Below, one piece after another: positions 9,339 to 19,439 of a DNA stretch of 64,000 nt. Positions within the stretch are counted from its first letter, which is position 1. Every line of letters begins with the position of its first letter. The stretch comes from Bacteroidales bacterium (GTDB lineage: Bacteria > Bacteroidota > Bacteroidia > Bacteroidales > DTU049), in NCBI GenBank assembly GCA_012520175.1, contig JAAYOU010000065.1, positions 7,895 to 71,894 on the forward strand. Direction: 5' to 3'. The position numbers and the translations under genes are program-made. A model generated the notes under the pieces. That model was not told where the DNA came from. It saw nothing but the letters and a program-made list of their open reading frames with translations, and searched no databases.

Positions 9339-12194
9339 ATGAAAAATCTAATTTTCACGTTGGTAATGTTTTTTTTAGTTTGTGGGGTACAGGCACAAAC
9401 AAGCTTTTCTGGCTCTCAAGAGCAAGGATATGGAAAGAAAAATATAAAAGGTCGGGTAATTGATGCAAGAACAAATGAGCCAATTATAGGTGCAAATGTT
9501 GTTGTTAAGGGTACAACAGTTGGCTCTGTATCCGATATTAACGGTGAATTTGAAATTAATGTTGAAAATAAAAAAGATTTAGCTTTATCAGTTTCTTATG
9601 TTTCTTATAAGCCATACGAACAGATAATCACATTTTCAAAAGAAAAAAACATTAATGTAGAAATTAAACTAGAAGAAAACGTTGAACAAATTGAAGCTGT
9701 TACAGTAGTTGGAAACAAAGTTACAAATTCTGAAGTATCAATGATGCAAACTATCCGCAGTAACAATCTAGTTGTAAATGGTGTTGCAGCTCAATTGATT
9801 AAAAAAACGCAAGATAAAGATGCGGGCGAAGTGGTTAAACGTATTCCTGGTATAACAATTCAAGGAGATCGTTTTGTAATTATTCGTGGATTAAACGAAA
9901 GATACAATAGTGTTTGGCTTAATAATTTACCAGCTCCTAGTGCTGAAGCTGATGTGAAAGCTTTTTCTTTCGATTTTATTCCAGCTTCGATGATAGATAA
10001 TATTTTGGTGTATAAAACTTTTTCTCCTGAATTACCAGGCGATTTTGCAGGCGGTCTTGTTAGAATATTCACAAATAGCAATGTTGAGAAAAATTTCTTA
10101 CAAATTTCATACTCAAACGGTTTTGCAGAAGGATCTTCTTTTAAAGAACATAAATTATATGATGTTGGCGGGAAAGGTTTTTACAATGGAATGTCTGATT
10201 TAAAGCTTACAAGCGACTTTCCTGAAAATATTGCTAAAATACCAAACACAACGGAAGGAAAAATTGAAAAAACCAAATGGGGACAAAGCCTTAATAAACT
10301 TTGGACTCCTACTTCTGTAAACGCTCCCACAAATCAACAAATATCAATTTCTGGAGCATGGAAAAAAGATTTAAAGAAAGTAATTTTATCAAATTATTCT
10401 CAATTTAACTATGGTGCTTCATTTTTACGACACGATATATTTAGAGCTGCTTATAACGCATATGACGAAATTGGGCAGGTTTTGGACACAAACTATGCTT
10501 TTAATGATGTTCAATATAACAACTCAAATAAGCTTGGAGCAATGATGAATTGGGGAATAAATTTTAAGAAAAATAAAATTGAATTTAGAAATGTTTTTAA
10601 CCATCAAGCTAGTAACAAAGTTGTGGAAAGAGAAGGTAAAGATTTTTATGGTGGGCTAACTTTGAAAGGGCTTGAAATGGCTGTTAAAACACGAAATTTA
10701 TATTCAGGCCAAATAAGTGGAAATCATGTTTTTGGAGAGAAAAAATCAACATTAAATTGGTTTTTGGGCTATTCAGCGTCATCTCAGCAAATGCCTGATA
10801 ATAAGCGACTTACATGGGTAAAAAACGAACAAGAAGAGAGTCAATATTATAATAAATACGGACTTAATTTTTCGTTTACAGCAAATGCAGACTTATCAGG
10901 ACGAATTTTCCATAGTTTATCTGAAAATCAAATTAATGCAGGCACCGACTATTCTTCATACATAAAAATAAATGATTATAAGATAAATTACAGTGTAGGA
11001 ATATTCCATGAAAATAAAGAACGTACTTTTAGTGCAAGAAATCTTGGATATAAAATAGCAAGGACATCTTTGTTTAATTATAATCTTCCATATTATCCGA
11101 TAGACTCAGTTTTCAGTGATGAAAATATAAATTATACAAACGGAATAATGCTTGATGAGCAAACTTCTCCTTCTGATACATACACCTCTTTTTCAAAACT
11201 TTATGCTGGTTTTTTCACATTAACATTACCTGTTGGTGCTAGAATAAAAATACATACGGGATTACGTGCGGAAAACAATTATGTAGAACTTAATTCATAT
11301 AAAATAGATGCTTCTTTCCCAGCAGAAGACAAGGATAAAATAAAATATATTAATGATACCACATTGCTTCTTCCTGCAATAAACATTACATATTCGCTCA
11401 CAGAAACTTCGCTGTTGCGTTTTGCTTATGGAAAAACGGTTAATCGTCCAGAATATAGAGAAATTGCTCCTATGGCGTTTTACGACTATGAAATGAAAGC
11501 TGTTGTTTCAGGAAATGACAAATTAACTTTCGCAACTATAAATAACTTTGATTTAAGATATGAACTTTATCCAAATATTTTTAGCATGTTCAGCGTTGGA
11601 GCTTTCTATAAACAATTTTATAATCCAATAGAATATTGCATAATCCCGACTGGTAGCGGACTTCAATATTCTTATCAAAATACTCCAAAAGCAACAGTAG
11701 GCGGACTTGAAGTAGAAACGAGATTGGCTCTTGGTTCAGAAGAAAAAAATCCAATGTTGAAAAACTTTACATTGTTCCTAAATGCAGCTTTGATGAAAAG
11801 CATTATAGATTTTGAAGGCAACAGTCTTGAGGAAAATCGCCCATTGCAAGGACAATCACCTTATATTATTAATGCTTCACTTTTTTATAAAAATGATAAA
11901 TATGATTTGAATATGGGCGTGATGTATAATGTGTTTGGCAAGCGTATTAACTTTGTTGGTGACCCATACACAGGAAATCCTCATATATTTGAAATGCCAG
12001 CTAATAATTTAGATTTTAGCGTTACAAAAGGATTTGGCAAAAACTTTGAAATTAAAGGGCAAGTGAAAAATATTTTAGATAACAGCCTTGTTTTTCAGCA
12101 AGAATTACAAACAAATAATGGAAAAGTTTTCCAAACAAATCTAAAATACAAACAAGGAAGATATTATTCTATTGGTCTAGTTTGGAAAATATAA
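9339..12194 (+). CDS. TonB-dependent outer-membrane receptor with N-terminal carboxypeptidase-regulatory-like domain
   Basis: Track ORF starts at TTG 9306. I prefer ATG 9339 (MKNLIFTLVMFFLVCGVQAQ signal peptide). The CarboxypepD_reg-like segment is GRVIDARTNEPIIGANVVVKGTTVGSVSDINGEFEI. A plug-like region and a long beta-barrel-type C-terminus follow. Confidence 0.75.
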   Translation: MKNLIFTLVMFFLVCGVQAQTSFSGSQEQGYGKKNIKGRVIDARTNEPIIGANVVVKGTTVGSVSDINGEFEINVENKKDLALSVSYVSYKPYEQIITFSKEKNINVEIKLEENVEQIEAVTVVGNKVTNSEVSMMQTIRSNNLVVNGVAAQLIKKTQDKDAGEVVKRIPGITIQGDRFVIIRGLNERYNSVWLNNLPAPSAEADVKAFSFDFIPASMIDNILVYKTFSPELPGDFAGGLVRIFTNSNVEKNFLQISYSNGFAEGSSFKEHKLYDVGGKGFYNGMSDLKLTSDFPENIAKIPNTTEGKIEKTKWGQSLNKLWTPTSVNAPTNQQISISGAWKKDLKKVILSNYSQFNYGASFLRHDIFRAAYNAYDEIGQVLDTNYAFNDVQYNNSNKLGAMMNWGINFKKNKIEFRNVFNHQASNKVVEREGKDFYGGLTLKGLEMAVKTRNLYSGQISGNHVFGEKKSTLNWFLGYSASSQQMPDNKRLTWVKNEQEESQYYNKYGLNFSFTANADLSGRIFHSLSENQINAGTDYSSYIKINDYKINYSVGIFHENKERTFSARNLGYKIARTSLFNYNLPYYPIDSVFSDENINYTNGIMLDEQTSPSDTYTSFSKLYAGFFTLTLPVGARIKIHTGLRAENNYVELNSYKIDASFPAEDKDKIKYINDTTLLLPAINITYSLTETSLLRFAYGKTVNRPEYREIAPMAFYDYEMKAVVSGNDKLTFATINNFDLRYELYPNIFSMFSVGAFYKQFYNPIEYCIIPTGSGLQYSYQNTPKATVGGLEVETRLALGSEEKNPMLKNFTLFLNAALMKSIIDFEGNSLEENRPLQGQSPYIINASLFYKNDKYDLNMGVMYNVFGKRINFVGDPYTGNPHIFEMPANNLDFSVTKGFGKNFEIKGQVKNILDNSLVFQQELQTNNGKVFQTNLKYKQGRYYSIGLVWKI

Positions 12195-12396
12195 TTATTA
12201 AAAAAACTTAAAAACTTACACCAATTAATAAATTTTTTAGACGAATGTGTTTTTTTAACAATTAAAAAAACATGCTTTTATTGTTGTGCTTTTGATTTTA
12301 TAAAAATAGCATAAAAACCAAAAAATAATTTTTTTTAGACGAAAGTAATTTTTTAACAATTAAAAAAATATACTTATATTGTTGTAATTTTGGAAC

Positions 12397-13938
12397 ATGG
12401 AAGAAAATAGAACAAAAAAACGTCTAAATAAAGCTATTCCTGCAAAGTTATCAGGTTTAGAGCATGGAAGAATTCCTCCGCAAGCGATAGATTTGGAAGA
12501 GGTTGTTTTAGGAGCTTTGATGCTTGAGCAAAACGCATTAAATGCAGTAATTGATATTTTGCAGCCCGACACATTCTATAAAGAAGAACATCGTTATATT
12601 TTCGAGGCTATACAATCGCTTTTTGCAAAAAGTTCGGCAATAGACATGCTAACTGTTATTGAAGAATTAAAAAAACAAGGCAAACTCGAAATTGTAGGCG
12701 GTGCGTATTATATTACGTATCTTACAAACCGCGTTGTATCTAGTGCAAACATAGAATATCATGCACGTATTATTGCTCAAAAATATATTCAACGTAGATT
12801 AATAGAAATTTCAACAGAAATTATTAATGATGCTTTTGAAGAAAGTACTGATGTTTTCGATTTATTAGATAGTGCTGAAGATAAATTATTTAGAATTAAT
12901 GAAGAAAACTTAAGGCGTAAAAGTGTAGGAATGGCTAATTTGCTACGAGAAGCAAGAGAAATGGTAGAAAATGCATCAAAAAATGAAAATTCATTTTCTG
13001 GAGTTCCTAGCGGCTTTAAGTCTCTTGATGCTGTTACAGCGGGTTGGCAGCCGTCTGATTTGATTATTATTGCTGCTCGTCCTGGGATGGGAAAAACCGC
13101 TTTCGTGCTTTCTATGGCTAGAAATATGTCTTTAATACAGGATGTTCCTGTTGCAGTTTTCTCTCTTGAGATGAGTGCTGTGCAGCTTGTTATGAGACTT
13201 ATAGCATCGGAAGCGAAAATTAGAAGTGAAAATTTAAGAACTGGTAACCTTTCTTCGCAAGATTGGAAAAGCCTTAGCGATAATATTGACAATCTTTCAA
13301 AAGCAAAACTTTTTATTGACGACACTCCCGCCTTGTCTATATTTGAATTAAGAGCAAAGGCAAGAAGGTTAAAACAGCAGCATAATATTCAATGCCTAAT
13401 TATAGACTATTTGCAGCTAATGACTTCAAAAGTTGAAAAAAATGCAAATAGAGAAGTTGAAATTGCCACTATTTCTCGCTCTCTAAAAGCTTTGGCAAAA
13501 GAATTAAATATTCCAATTATTTGCTTGTCGCAATTAAGTAGGGAAGTTGAAAAACGTCCGGGAGAAAAGCGTCCGCAATTATCTGACCTTCGCGAGTCTG
13601 GCGCAATTGAGCAAGATGCTGATATTGTTATGTTTATTTATAGAAAAGAATATTATTTCAAAGAAGACCCATCGCAAGATTCTGAAGATTTCAAGTATAA
13701 AGCCGAATTAATTATTGATAAACATCGTAATGGACCTCTAACTACAATAAATTTAAAATTCCTTGGAGCTTTTGCAAGATTTTATGAAGAAGACGATCCC
13801 GATTTTAATATGGCATTACAATTGCTTAGAGATTCTTATTATGGTGGTTCCAATGGCTATAGAGCTGTAACACTTCCATCTAAAATGAATGATGATGCAA
13901 GTGATAATTTGAGTATTAGACCAGAAGAAGGTTTCTAA
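12397..13938 (+). CDS. dnaB: Replicative DNA helicase DnaB
   Basis: 513 aa. N-terminal PPQAIDLEEVVLGALML. Walker A ARPGMGKTAF. LSQLSREVEKR and RESGAIEQDAD motifs. Confidence 0.95.
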   Translation: MEENRTKKRLNKAIPAKLSGLEHGRIPPQAIDLEEVVLGALMLEQNALNAVIDILQPDTFYKEEHRYIFEAIQSLFAKSSAIDMLTVIEELKKQGKLEIVGGAYYITYLTNRVVSSANIEYHARIIAQKYIQRRLIEISTEIINDAFEESTDVFDLLDSAEDKLFRINEENLRRKSVGMANLLREAREMVENASKNENSFSGVPSGFKSLDAVTAGWQPSDLIIIAARPGMGKTAFVLSMARNMSLIQDVPVAVFSLEMSAVQLVMRLIASEAKIRSENLRTGNLSSQDWKSLSDNIDNLSKAKLFIDDTPALSIFELRAKARRLKQQHNIQCLIIDYLQLMTSKVEKNANREVEIATISRSLKALAKELNIPIICLSQLSREVEKRPGEKRPQLSDLRESGAIEQDADIVMFIYRKEYYFKEDPSQDSEDFKYKAELIIDKHRNGPLTTINLKFLGAFARFYEEDDPDFNMALQLLRDSYYGGSNGYRAVTLPSKMNDDASDNLSIRPEEGF

Positions 13939-13950
13939 AAATTGATTTGA

Positions 13951-15213
13951 ATGAAAAAAATTTCTTTCTTTTTAGTGTTTTTTTGTGGATTAGTTTTGAC
14001 GCTAAATGCTTCTAATATTATGATTCCAATGGATAATTCGCAAAAAAATCATTTAAAAGCTTACGGTATTTCCTATTGGATTTTGCAAAACAATCAAGAA
14101 GTAGAGTGGTTGCTTAATTATCGAGGAGGGAGTTTTGCTTGTGGGTTTTCTCAAACAGTTATAAATGAATGCAATATTCGCGGAGTTTCTTATGAAATTA
14201 TTTCTGATGCTCAGATGGCTTCGATTAGAAGTCAAATTGCAGAGCCTTCGGCGAACATGGATATAATAAAGTTAACAAAAGCCCCTAAAATTGCTGTATA
14301 TGCCCCAAAAACTAATCTTCCTTGGGATGATGCTGTTACTCTTGTGCTTACTTATGCCGAAATTCCTTACGACCAAATATATGATGAAGAAGTTTTGTCA
14401 GGAGTTTTGCCAAAATATGACTGGCTGCATTTGCACCATGAAGATTTTACAGGTCAATATGGAAAGTTTTGGGCGCACTATAGAAATGCAGAATGGTATA
14501 AAAACGACGTGGCTGAATCAGAAAAATCTGCAAGAGCTTTAGGTTTTAGCAAAGTTTCTCAAATGAAATTGGCTGTGGCTAAAAAAATTAGAGATTTTGT
14601 GGCGGGAGGAGGCTATTTATTTGCTATGTGTAGTGCTCCAGACAGCTTCGATGTTGCTTTAGCTGCAGAAGGAGTAGATATTTGTGCAGAACCATTTGAT
14701 GGAGACCCGATGGACCCAATGGCTCAAAAAAAGTTGGATTTTTCTAAAACCTTTGCTTTCGAAAATTTTACAATTAGCACAAATCCTTATGAATATGAAA
14801 TTTCAGATATTGATGTATCTCTTAAAAGACCACCCTTAAGACCCACAGATGATTATTTTGTTTTATTTGAATTTTCCGCAAAATGGGATCCTGTGCCAAC
14901 TATGCTTTGCCAAAACCATGAACGCATAATTAAAGGATTTATGGGTCAAACAACAGCTTTTAACTCTAAAACATTAAAATCTTCTACTTTGGTTTTAGGT
15001 GAGTTTAAATCTTTAGGCGAGGCTAGATATATTCATGGAGAATATGCAAAAGGAACTTGGACTTTTTTAGGAGGGCATGACCCCGAAGACTATCAACATT
15101 TTGTTTATGACCCGCCGACCGAGTTGGATCTTTTTAAAAACTCGCCCGGATATAGACTTATTTTAAATAATGTGCTTTTTCCTGCAGCTAAAAAGAAAAA
15201 GCAAAAAACATAG
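13951..15213 (+). CDS. Conserved secreted hypothetical protein, possibly class I glutamine-amidotransferase-like fold
   Basis: 420 aa with signal peptide. GGGYLFAMCSAPDSF resembles a nucleophile-elbow Cys. Function not established from sequence alone. Confidence 0.4.
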   Translation: MKKISFFLVFFCGLVLTLNASNIMIPMDNSQKNHLKAYGISYWILQNNQEVEWLLNYRGGSFACGFSQTVINECNIRGVSYEIISDAQMASIRSQIAEPSANMDIIKLTKAPKIAVYAPKTNLPWDDAVTLVLTYAEIPYDQIYDEEVLSGVLPKYDWLHLHHEDFTGQYGKFWAHYRNAEWYKNDVAESEKSARALGFSKVSQMKLAVAKKIRDFVAGGGYLFAMCSAPDSFDVALAAEGVDICAEPFDGDPMDPMAQKKLDFSKTFAFENFTISTNPYEYEISDIDVSLKRPPLRPTDDYFVLFEFSAKWDPVPTMLCQNHERIIKGFMGQTTAFNSKTLKSSTLVLGEFKSLGEARYIHGEYAKGTWTFLGGHDPEDYQHFVYDPPTELDLFKNSPGYRLILNNVLFPAAKKKKQKT

Positions 15214-15304
15214 TAAAAATCTAAATTTTCTTAATCTTGTTTAATCCTAAACATCAGCCTTTTTAGTTTAAGAAAATTTTATAACTTTGAAAAAAATATA
15301 GAAA

Positions 15305-16930
15305 ATGAAAAAAACAGTATTTACCCTTTTTGTATGTTTAATGTTTATTAATGCTTATACACAACTAAGTATTAATGGAACTCCTAAAAGTTTTTCTTAT
15401 AAAACTCATTCAGTTGTACCAACTGTTTATTTAACAAAGCCAGATATGAGCAAAGTTGAAGCCGAAGACGCAAAAGCTGATGCTATGGGCAGAGCTTATC
15501 GTACAGGCATTTTGCTAAACACAAATATTAATCCGCAAAATAGTGGCGTTTGGGATTTTTTACCAGACGGTTCTGCAATATGGAGAGTGTCTGTTAAATC
15601 TGATGGAGCTAAAGCAATTGGACTGTATTTCTCAGATTGGTTTATGACACCAGGAGTTGAAGTTTATGCATATTCTCCAGACAAAAAATATGTTATAGGT
15701 GCTTTTACAGAGTTGAATAATATTGATTTTCGCACTATGGCAATGGATAAAATTCCAGGAGAAGAAGCTGTTTTGGAAGTTTTTGTGCCAGATAGAAATC
15801 AAAATTTTGACCTTGAATTAAATCAAATCTCTTATTTTTATAGAGGAGTTGACATGGAAAACAAAGCCAAAGTTGGTGCTTGCCAAGTAAATGTGGCTTG
15901 TAGCGAGGGTGACGATTGGAGAGATCAAATTAGAAGTGTTGCTAAAATAAATATGGTGTTAAGTACTGGAACATATATGTGTTCAGGAGCCTTAGTGAAT
16001 AATATAAAAGAAGACTGCACTCCATATTTTTTAACAGCAGATCACTGCTCTGTTGGTGATGACTTAGTTCCTGTTACTCCAGCACAACTATCACAATGGA
16101 TATTTACTTTTAAATATCAATCTAATGGCTGTAGTGGAACATATAGCACTTCTCATAAATCTTATACTGGTGCAACATATAAGGCTTCAGACTCTTATGG
16201 AGAGAATAAAACAGGATCAGATTTTTTTCTTTGTGTCTTAAATAATAATCCAGAACATGTAAATGCGTATTATGCAGGTTGGTCTTATTTAACAACCCCC
16301 TCTGCAAGTGGTGTATCTGTTCACCATCCAGATGGAGCAATAAAGAAAATCAGTACTTACGCAAGTGTTTTATTGAATTGCGGAACTCACTGGTGTGTTT
16401 CTTGGGCTCCAACAGCTAATGGGCATGGAGTAACAGAAGGTGGTTCTTCTGGTTCGCCGCTTTTTGATAAAGACAAGAGAATTGTTGGAACATTAACAGG
16501 TGGCTCTTCTACATGTGCAGAACCAACTAAAGTGGATATTTATGGAAAAATGTCAACACACTGGGCTAGTGCAGGAAGTGCTTCCGATAAACAATTAAAA
16601 TATTGGCTTGACCCTACAGGAGCTTCTAGTGGCAAATTAGATGGTAGGAATTGCTTTGTTGGATTGAATGATGTTGATTATGTAAGAGCAAATATTCAAA
16701 TATTCCCAAATCCTGCTAGCGAAGTACTAAACATTGATTTTTCCAATTATAATATAGAAAAAGGAGTTTTATCTATTTCAAATCTATTAGGAAAAACAGT
16801 TATTGAATCAGATATGGGAAATTATACCGATGTTGTAAAAATAAATATAAATGATTTAGCACCGGGAATGTATTTCGTGAAAATTAAATCGAACACGGAA
16901 AATGTTTCCATACCTTTTATAGTTCAATAA
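15305..16930 (+). CDS. Secreted S1-family (lysyl-endopeptidase-like) serine protease with T9SS C-terminal domain
   Basis: Catalytic His context LTADHC. Catalytic Ser context EGGSSGSPLF. C-terminal IQIFPNPASEVLNIDF...GMYFVKIKS CTD. Confidence 0.7.
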   Translation: MKKTVFTLFVCLMFINAYTQLSINGTPKSFSYKTHSVVPTVYLTKPDMSKVEAEDAKADAMGRAYRTGILLNTNINPQNSGVWDFLPDGSAIWRVSVKSDGAKAIGLYFSDWFMTPGVEVYAYSPDKKYVIGAFTELNNIDFRTMAMDKIPGEEAVLEVFVPDRNQNFDLELNQISYFYRGVDMENKAKVGACQVNVACSEGDDWRDQIRSVAKINMVLSTGTYMCSGALVNNIKEDCTPYFLTADHCSVGDDLVPVTPAQLSQWIFTFKYQSNGCSGTYSTSHKSYTGATYKASDSYGENKTGSDFFLCVLNNNPEHVNAYYAGWSYLTTPSASGVSVHHPDGAIKKISTYASVLLNCGTHWCVSWAPTANGHGVTEGGSSGSPLFDKDKRIVGTLTGGSSTCAEPTKVDIYGKMSTHWASAGSASDKQLKYWLDPTGASSGKLDGRNCFVGLNDVDYVRANIQIFPNPASEVLNIDFSNYNIEKGVLSISNLLGKTVIESDMGNYTDVVKININDLAPGMYFVKIKSNTENVSIPFIVQ

Positions 16931-16946
16931 ATATAAAGTTTTTCGC

Positions 16947-18770
16947 ATGGCTTTTTACTCGTTGGCTAAATGGGTGAGTTTATTGAGAGAAAAAGGAGAA
17001 GTATGCGAAATAAATGAATATGTAAGCCCAGAGCTAGAAATATCAGAATTTGCAGACAGAATTACAAATTCTAATAATAGTAAACCTTTGTTATTTAAAA
17101 ATAATGGCACTGATTTTCCAGTATTAGTTAATCTTTTTGCAAATTCTGACTTAACAAATCGCTTTCTTAATCTTGAAAATGAAAAAGGAGCAATAAATAG
17201 AATTGAAAAAATTCTGTCATTGCTTAAATCTAAACCTAGATTTTCTATAGATTTCTTTTCTTCTCTTTGGGAAATGAGAAATTTGAGTCCTAAAAAATTA
17301 AGAAAATCAGGGACTTGTATGGAAAACGAAATGGATTTTCCTGATATAAGCAAATTTCCTGTCATTAAGAGCTGGCCCTTTGATGGCGGGAGGTTTTTAA
17401 CGCTGCCTCTTGTGCATACAATTGACCCTGAAACAGGAATTCAAAATATGGGAATGTATAGAATGCAGGTTTTTGATGGCAAATCAACGGGAATGCACTG
17501 GCATAAGCATAAAGGCGGAGCAGCACATTTTGAAAAATGGAAAAAATTGGGCAAGCAAATGCCTGTTACAGTAACACTTGGGGGAGACCCAACATTTATT
17601 TATGCTGCTACAGCCCCAGTGCCAGACGGCTTTTCAGAATACATGCTTGCAGGGTTTCTTAAAAACGAAAAAGTAAAATTGGTAAAAAGCAAAACCAATG
17701 ATATTTGGATTCCTGAATGCTCAGACTTTGTAATAGAAGGTTATATCGACACTTCAGAGCCTTTTAGAACAGAAGGTCCTTTTGGCGACCACACAGGATT
17801 TTACTCTATTCCTGATGAATATCCAGTTTTTCATATCACAAAAATATCTTTTCGCAAAAATGCTGTTTATCCTGCAACAGTTGTTGGAGTACCAAAAAAA
17901 GAAGATAGGTTTTTTGGAATGGCAACAACGAAAATATTTTTACCATTAATAAAAAACATTTTAATTCCGGAAATTACAGATATGTTTTTGCCCGAGGAAG
18001 GCGGTTTCCATAATTTAGCTTTAGTTAAAACTCAAAAAAAATATAGAGGGCAAGCAGAAAAGATTTTTCATGCTATGTGGGGAGCAGGGCAGATGATGTT
18101 TATGAAAAATATTTTTGTTTTTGATGAAAATGTAGATTTAAGAAACCTTGCTTCAGTTTTAAGTGCGATAGATAATAATTTTGATCCATCGTCAGGATTG
18201 ATTTTTTCCAAAGGTCCATCAGATGTGCTTGACCATGCTGCTAAAGAATTTTCTTTTGGAGGAAAAGCTGGTTTTGATTGCACAGCAAAAGAAAAAACAT
18301 TAAAAGAAAATAATATTTCTTCGTTTTTTAAAGGGTGTGAAAATATTAAAAAAATAAGTAACTCAATTTTTGTATTGTTTACAAACTCTCCTGTCGAAGA
18401 CTCGAATTCTATAATTCAAGGTTTTAAAAACGAAAAAAGCATTAATAATAGAGGAATTTTAATAATTACCGATTTGAATACGCAAGGTTTTTCAAACAGT
18501 AAAATCTTATGGTATATTCTTGCAAACATTGACCCAAACAGAGATTATTCAATAATTTGCAATGGACAATCAAACAGTCTTTTATTAATTAACGCTAGCG
18601 TAAAAGATAAAAAAGCTGTTCCACATGGAAATTGGCCCGCCATTACAATTATGAGTGATGAAATAATCAAAAAAGTTGATTTAATGTGGAACCGATGTGA
18701 TACTGGAGAGTTTGTTGAAAGTCCATCAAAAGAATTTTCAATGTTTAAAAGCAATTCGCACTATATGTAG
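16947..18770 (+). CDS. UbiD-family decarboxylase (menaquinone-biosynthesis decarboxylase type)
   Basis: 607 aa. UbiD-like core (GMYRMQVFDGKSTGMHWHKHKGGA, GPFGDHTGFYS). Confidence 0.75.
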   Translation: MAFYSLAKWVSLLREKGEVCEINEYVSPELEISEFADRITNSNNSKPLLFKNNGTDFPVLVNLFANSDLTNRFLNLENEKGAINRIEKILSLLKSKPRFSIDFFSSLWEMRNLSPKKLRKSGTCMENEMDFPDISKFPVIKSWPFDGGRFLTLPLVHTIDPETGIQNMGMYRMQVFDGKSTGMHWHKHKGGAAHFEKWKKLGKQMPVTVTLGGDPTFIYAATAPVPDGFSEYMLAGFLKNEKVKLVKSKTNDIWIPECSDFVIEGYIDTSEPFRTEGPFGDHTGFYSIPDEYPVFHITKISFRKNAVYPATVVGVPKKEDRFFGMATTKIFLPLIKNILIPEITDMFLPEEGGFHNLALVKTQKKYRGQAEKIFHAMWGAGQMMFMKNIFVFDENVDLRNLASVLSAIDNNFDPSSGLIFSKGPSDVLDHAAKEFSFGGKAGFDCTAKEKTLKENNISSFFKGCENIKKISNSIFVLFTNSPVEDSNSIIQGFKNEKSINNRGILIITDLNTQGFSNSKILWYILANIDPNRDYSIICNGQSNSLLLINASVKDKKAVPHGNWPAITIMSDEIIKKVDLMWNRCDTGEFVESPSKEFSMFKSNSHYM

Positions 18771-18788
18771 TTTTACAATTCGGGCTAT

Positions 18789-19433
18789 TTAAGTTTTTTT
18801 TGCAAATGAAATGAAAATATTTTGAAAGCGGCGCAATTGTAGGGTGTATTTTAAAGTTAGATTTCTCTTTATAATGTTTCCTTCAAAAATAGTATCGTCA
18901 AAACTAAAAGGGTTTATATGAATATTTCCTTTTAGTGTGATGGTTTTTTTTCCAAAAGCTTTAAAAACAGCTTCTTTAAAAGTCCAATATGCAATAGCTT
19001 TTTCAAGATTTTTAGTTTTTTCCCATTCGCTCAACTCTTCTTTGTTCATGAATTTTTCTACAACTTTTAATATTTTTGAATTTACAGGCTCTATATCAAT
19101 ACCATATTTTGAATGTATATCTTCGGATATAAGCACTGCCGCATAGTCAGAACAATGCGAAATGCTAATAGCTCGTTGTGGGTTTACAAGATATGGCTTA
19201 TTGTTTTTATCATAATAAATTCTATATATGTAATCAGCTTTTACAAGATTTCTTATTAAAGCTCTGTAACTTAGCCACTGTTTTCGCCTAGCATCGTTGC
19301 CGAAGGATTCCAAAGTGTCGAATTCTTCTTTATTAAGAAAAAGCATAGAAATAAGTTCTTCAATGCTTTCAGTTATTTTCCACAGTCCAATCTGCAAGTC
19401 TTGTTGAATCCATTCGTGATAAACTAATGGCAT
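18789..19433 (-). CDS. 4'-phosphopantetheinyl transferase (Sfp-type)
   Basis: 214 aa. GIDIEP and WTFKEAVFKAFG motifs are characteristic of the PPTase superfamily. Confidence 0.7.
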   Translation of the reverse strand: MPLVYHEWIQQDLQIGLWKITESIEELISMLFLNKEEFDTLESFGNDARRKQWLSYRALIRNLVKADYIYRIYYDKNNKPYLVNPQRAISISHCSDYAAVLISEDIHSKYGIDIEPVNSKILKVVEKFMNKEELSEWEKTKNLEKAIAYWTFKEAVFKAFGKKTITLKGNIHINPFSFDDTIFEGNIIKRNLTLKYTLQLRRFQNIFISFAKKT

Positions 19434-19439
19434 GTTTTT

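Noticed and set aside
12789-13325. Long antisense ORFs inside well-supported genes. Examples: 12789..13325 in dnaB, 1433..1942, 3587..3910, 16955..17365, 26818..27306, 34544..34846, 39740..40135, 37798..38133, and 41329..41611 in fic
   Set aside because: These are shadow ORFs opposite strongly supported coding frames. They have low-complexity Ser/Phe/Ile/Leu-rich products, no motifs and no plausible start context.
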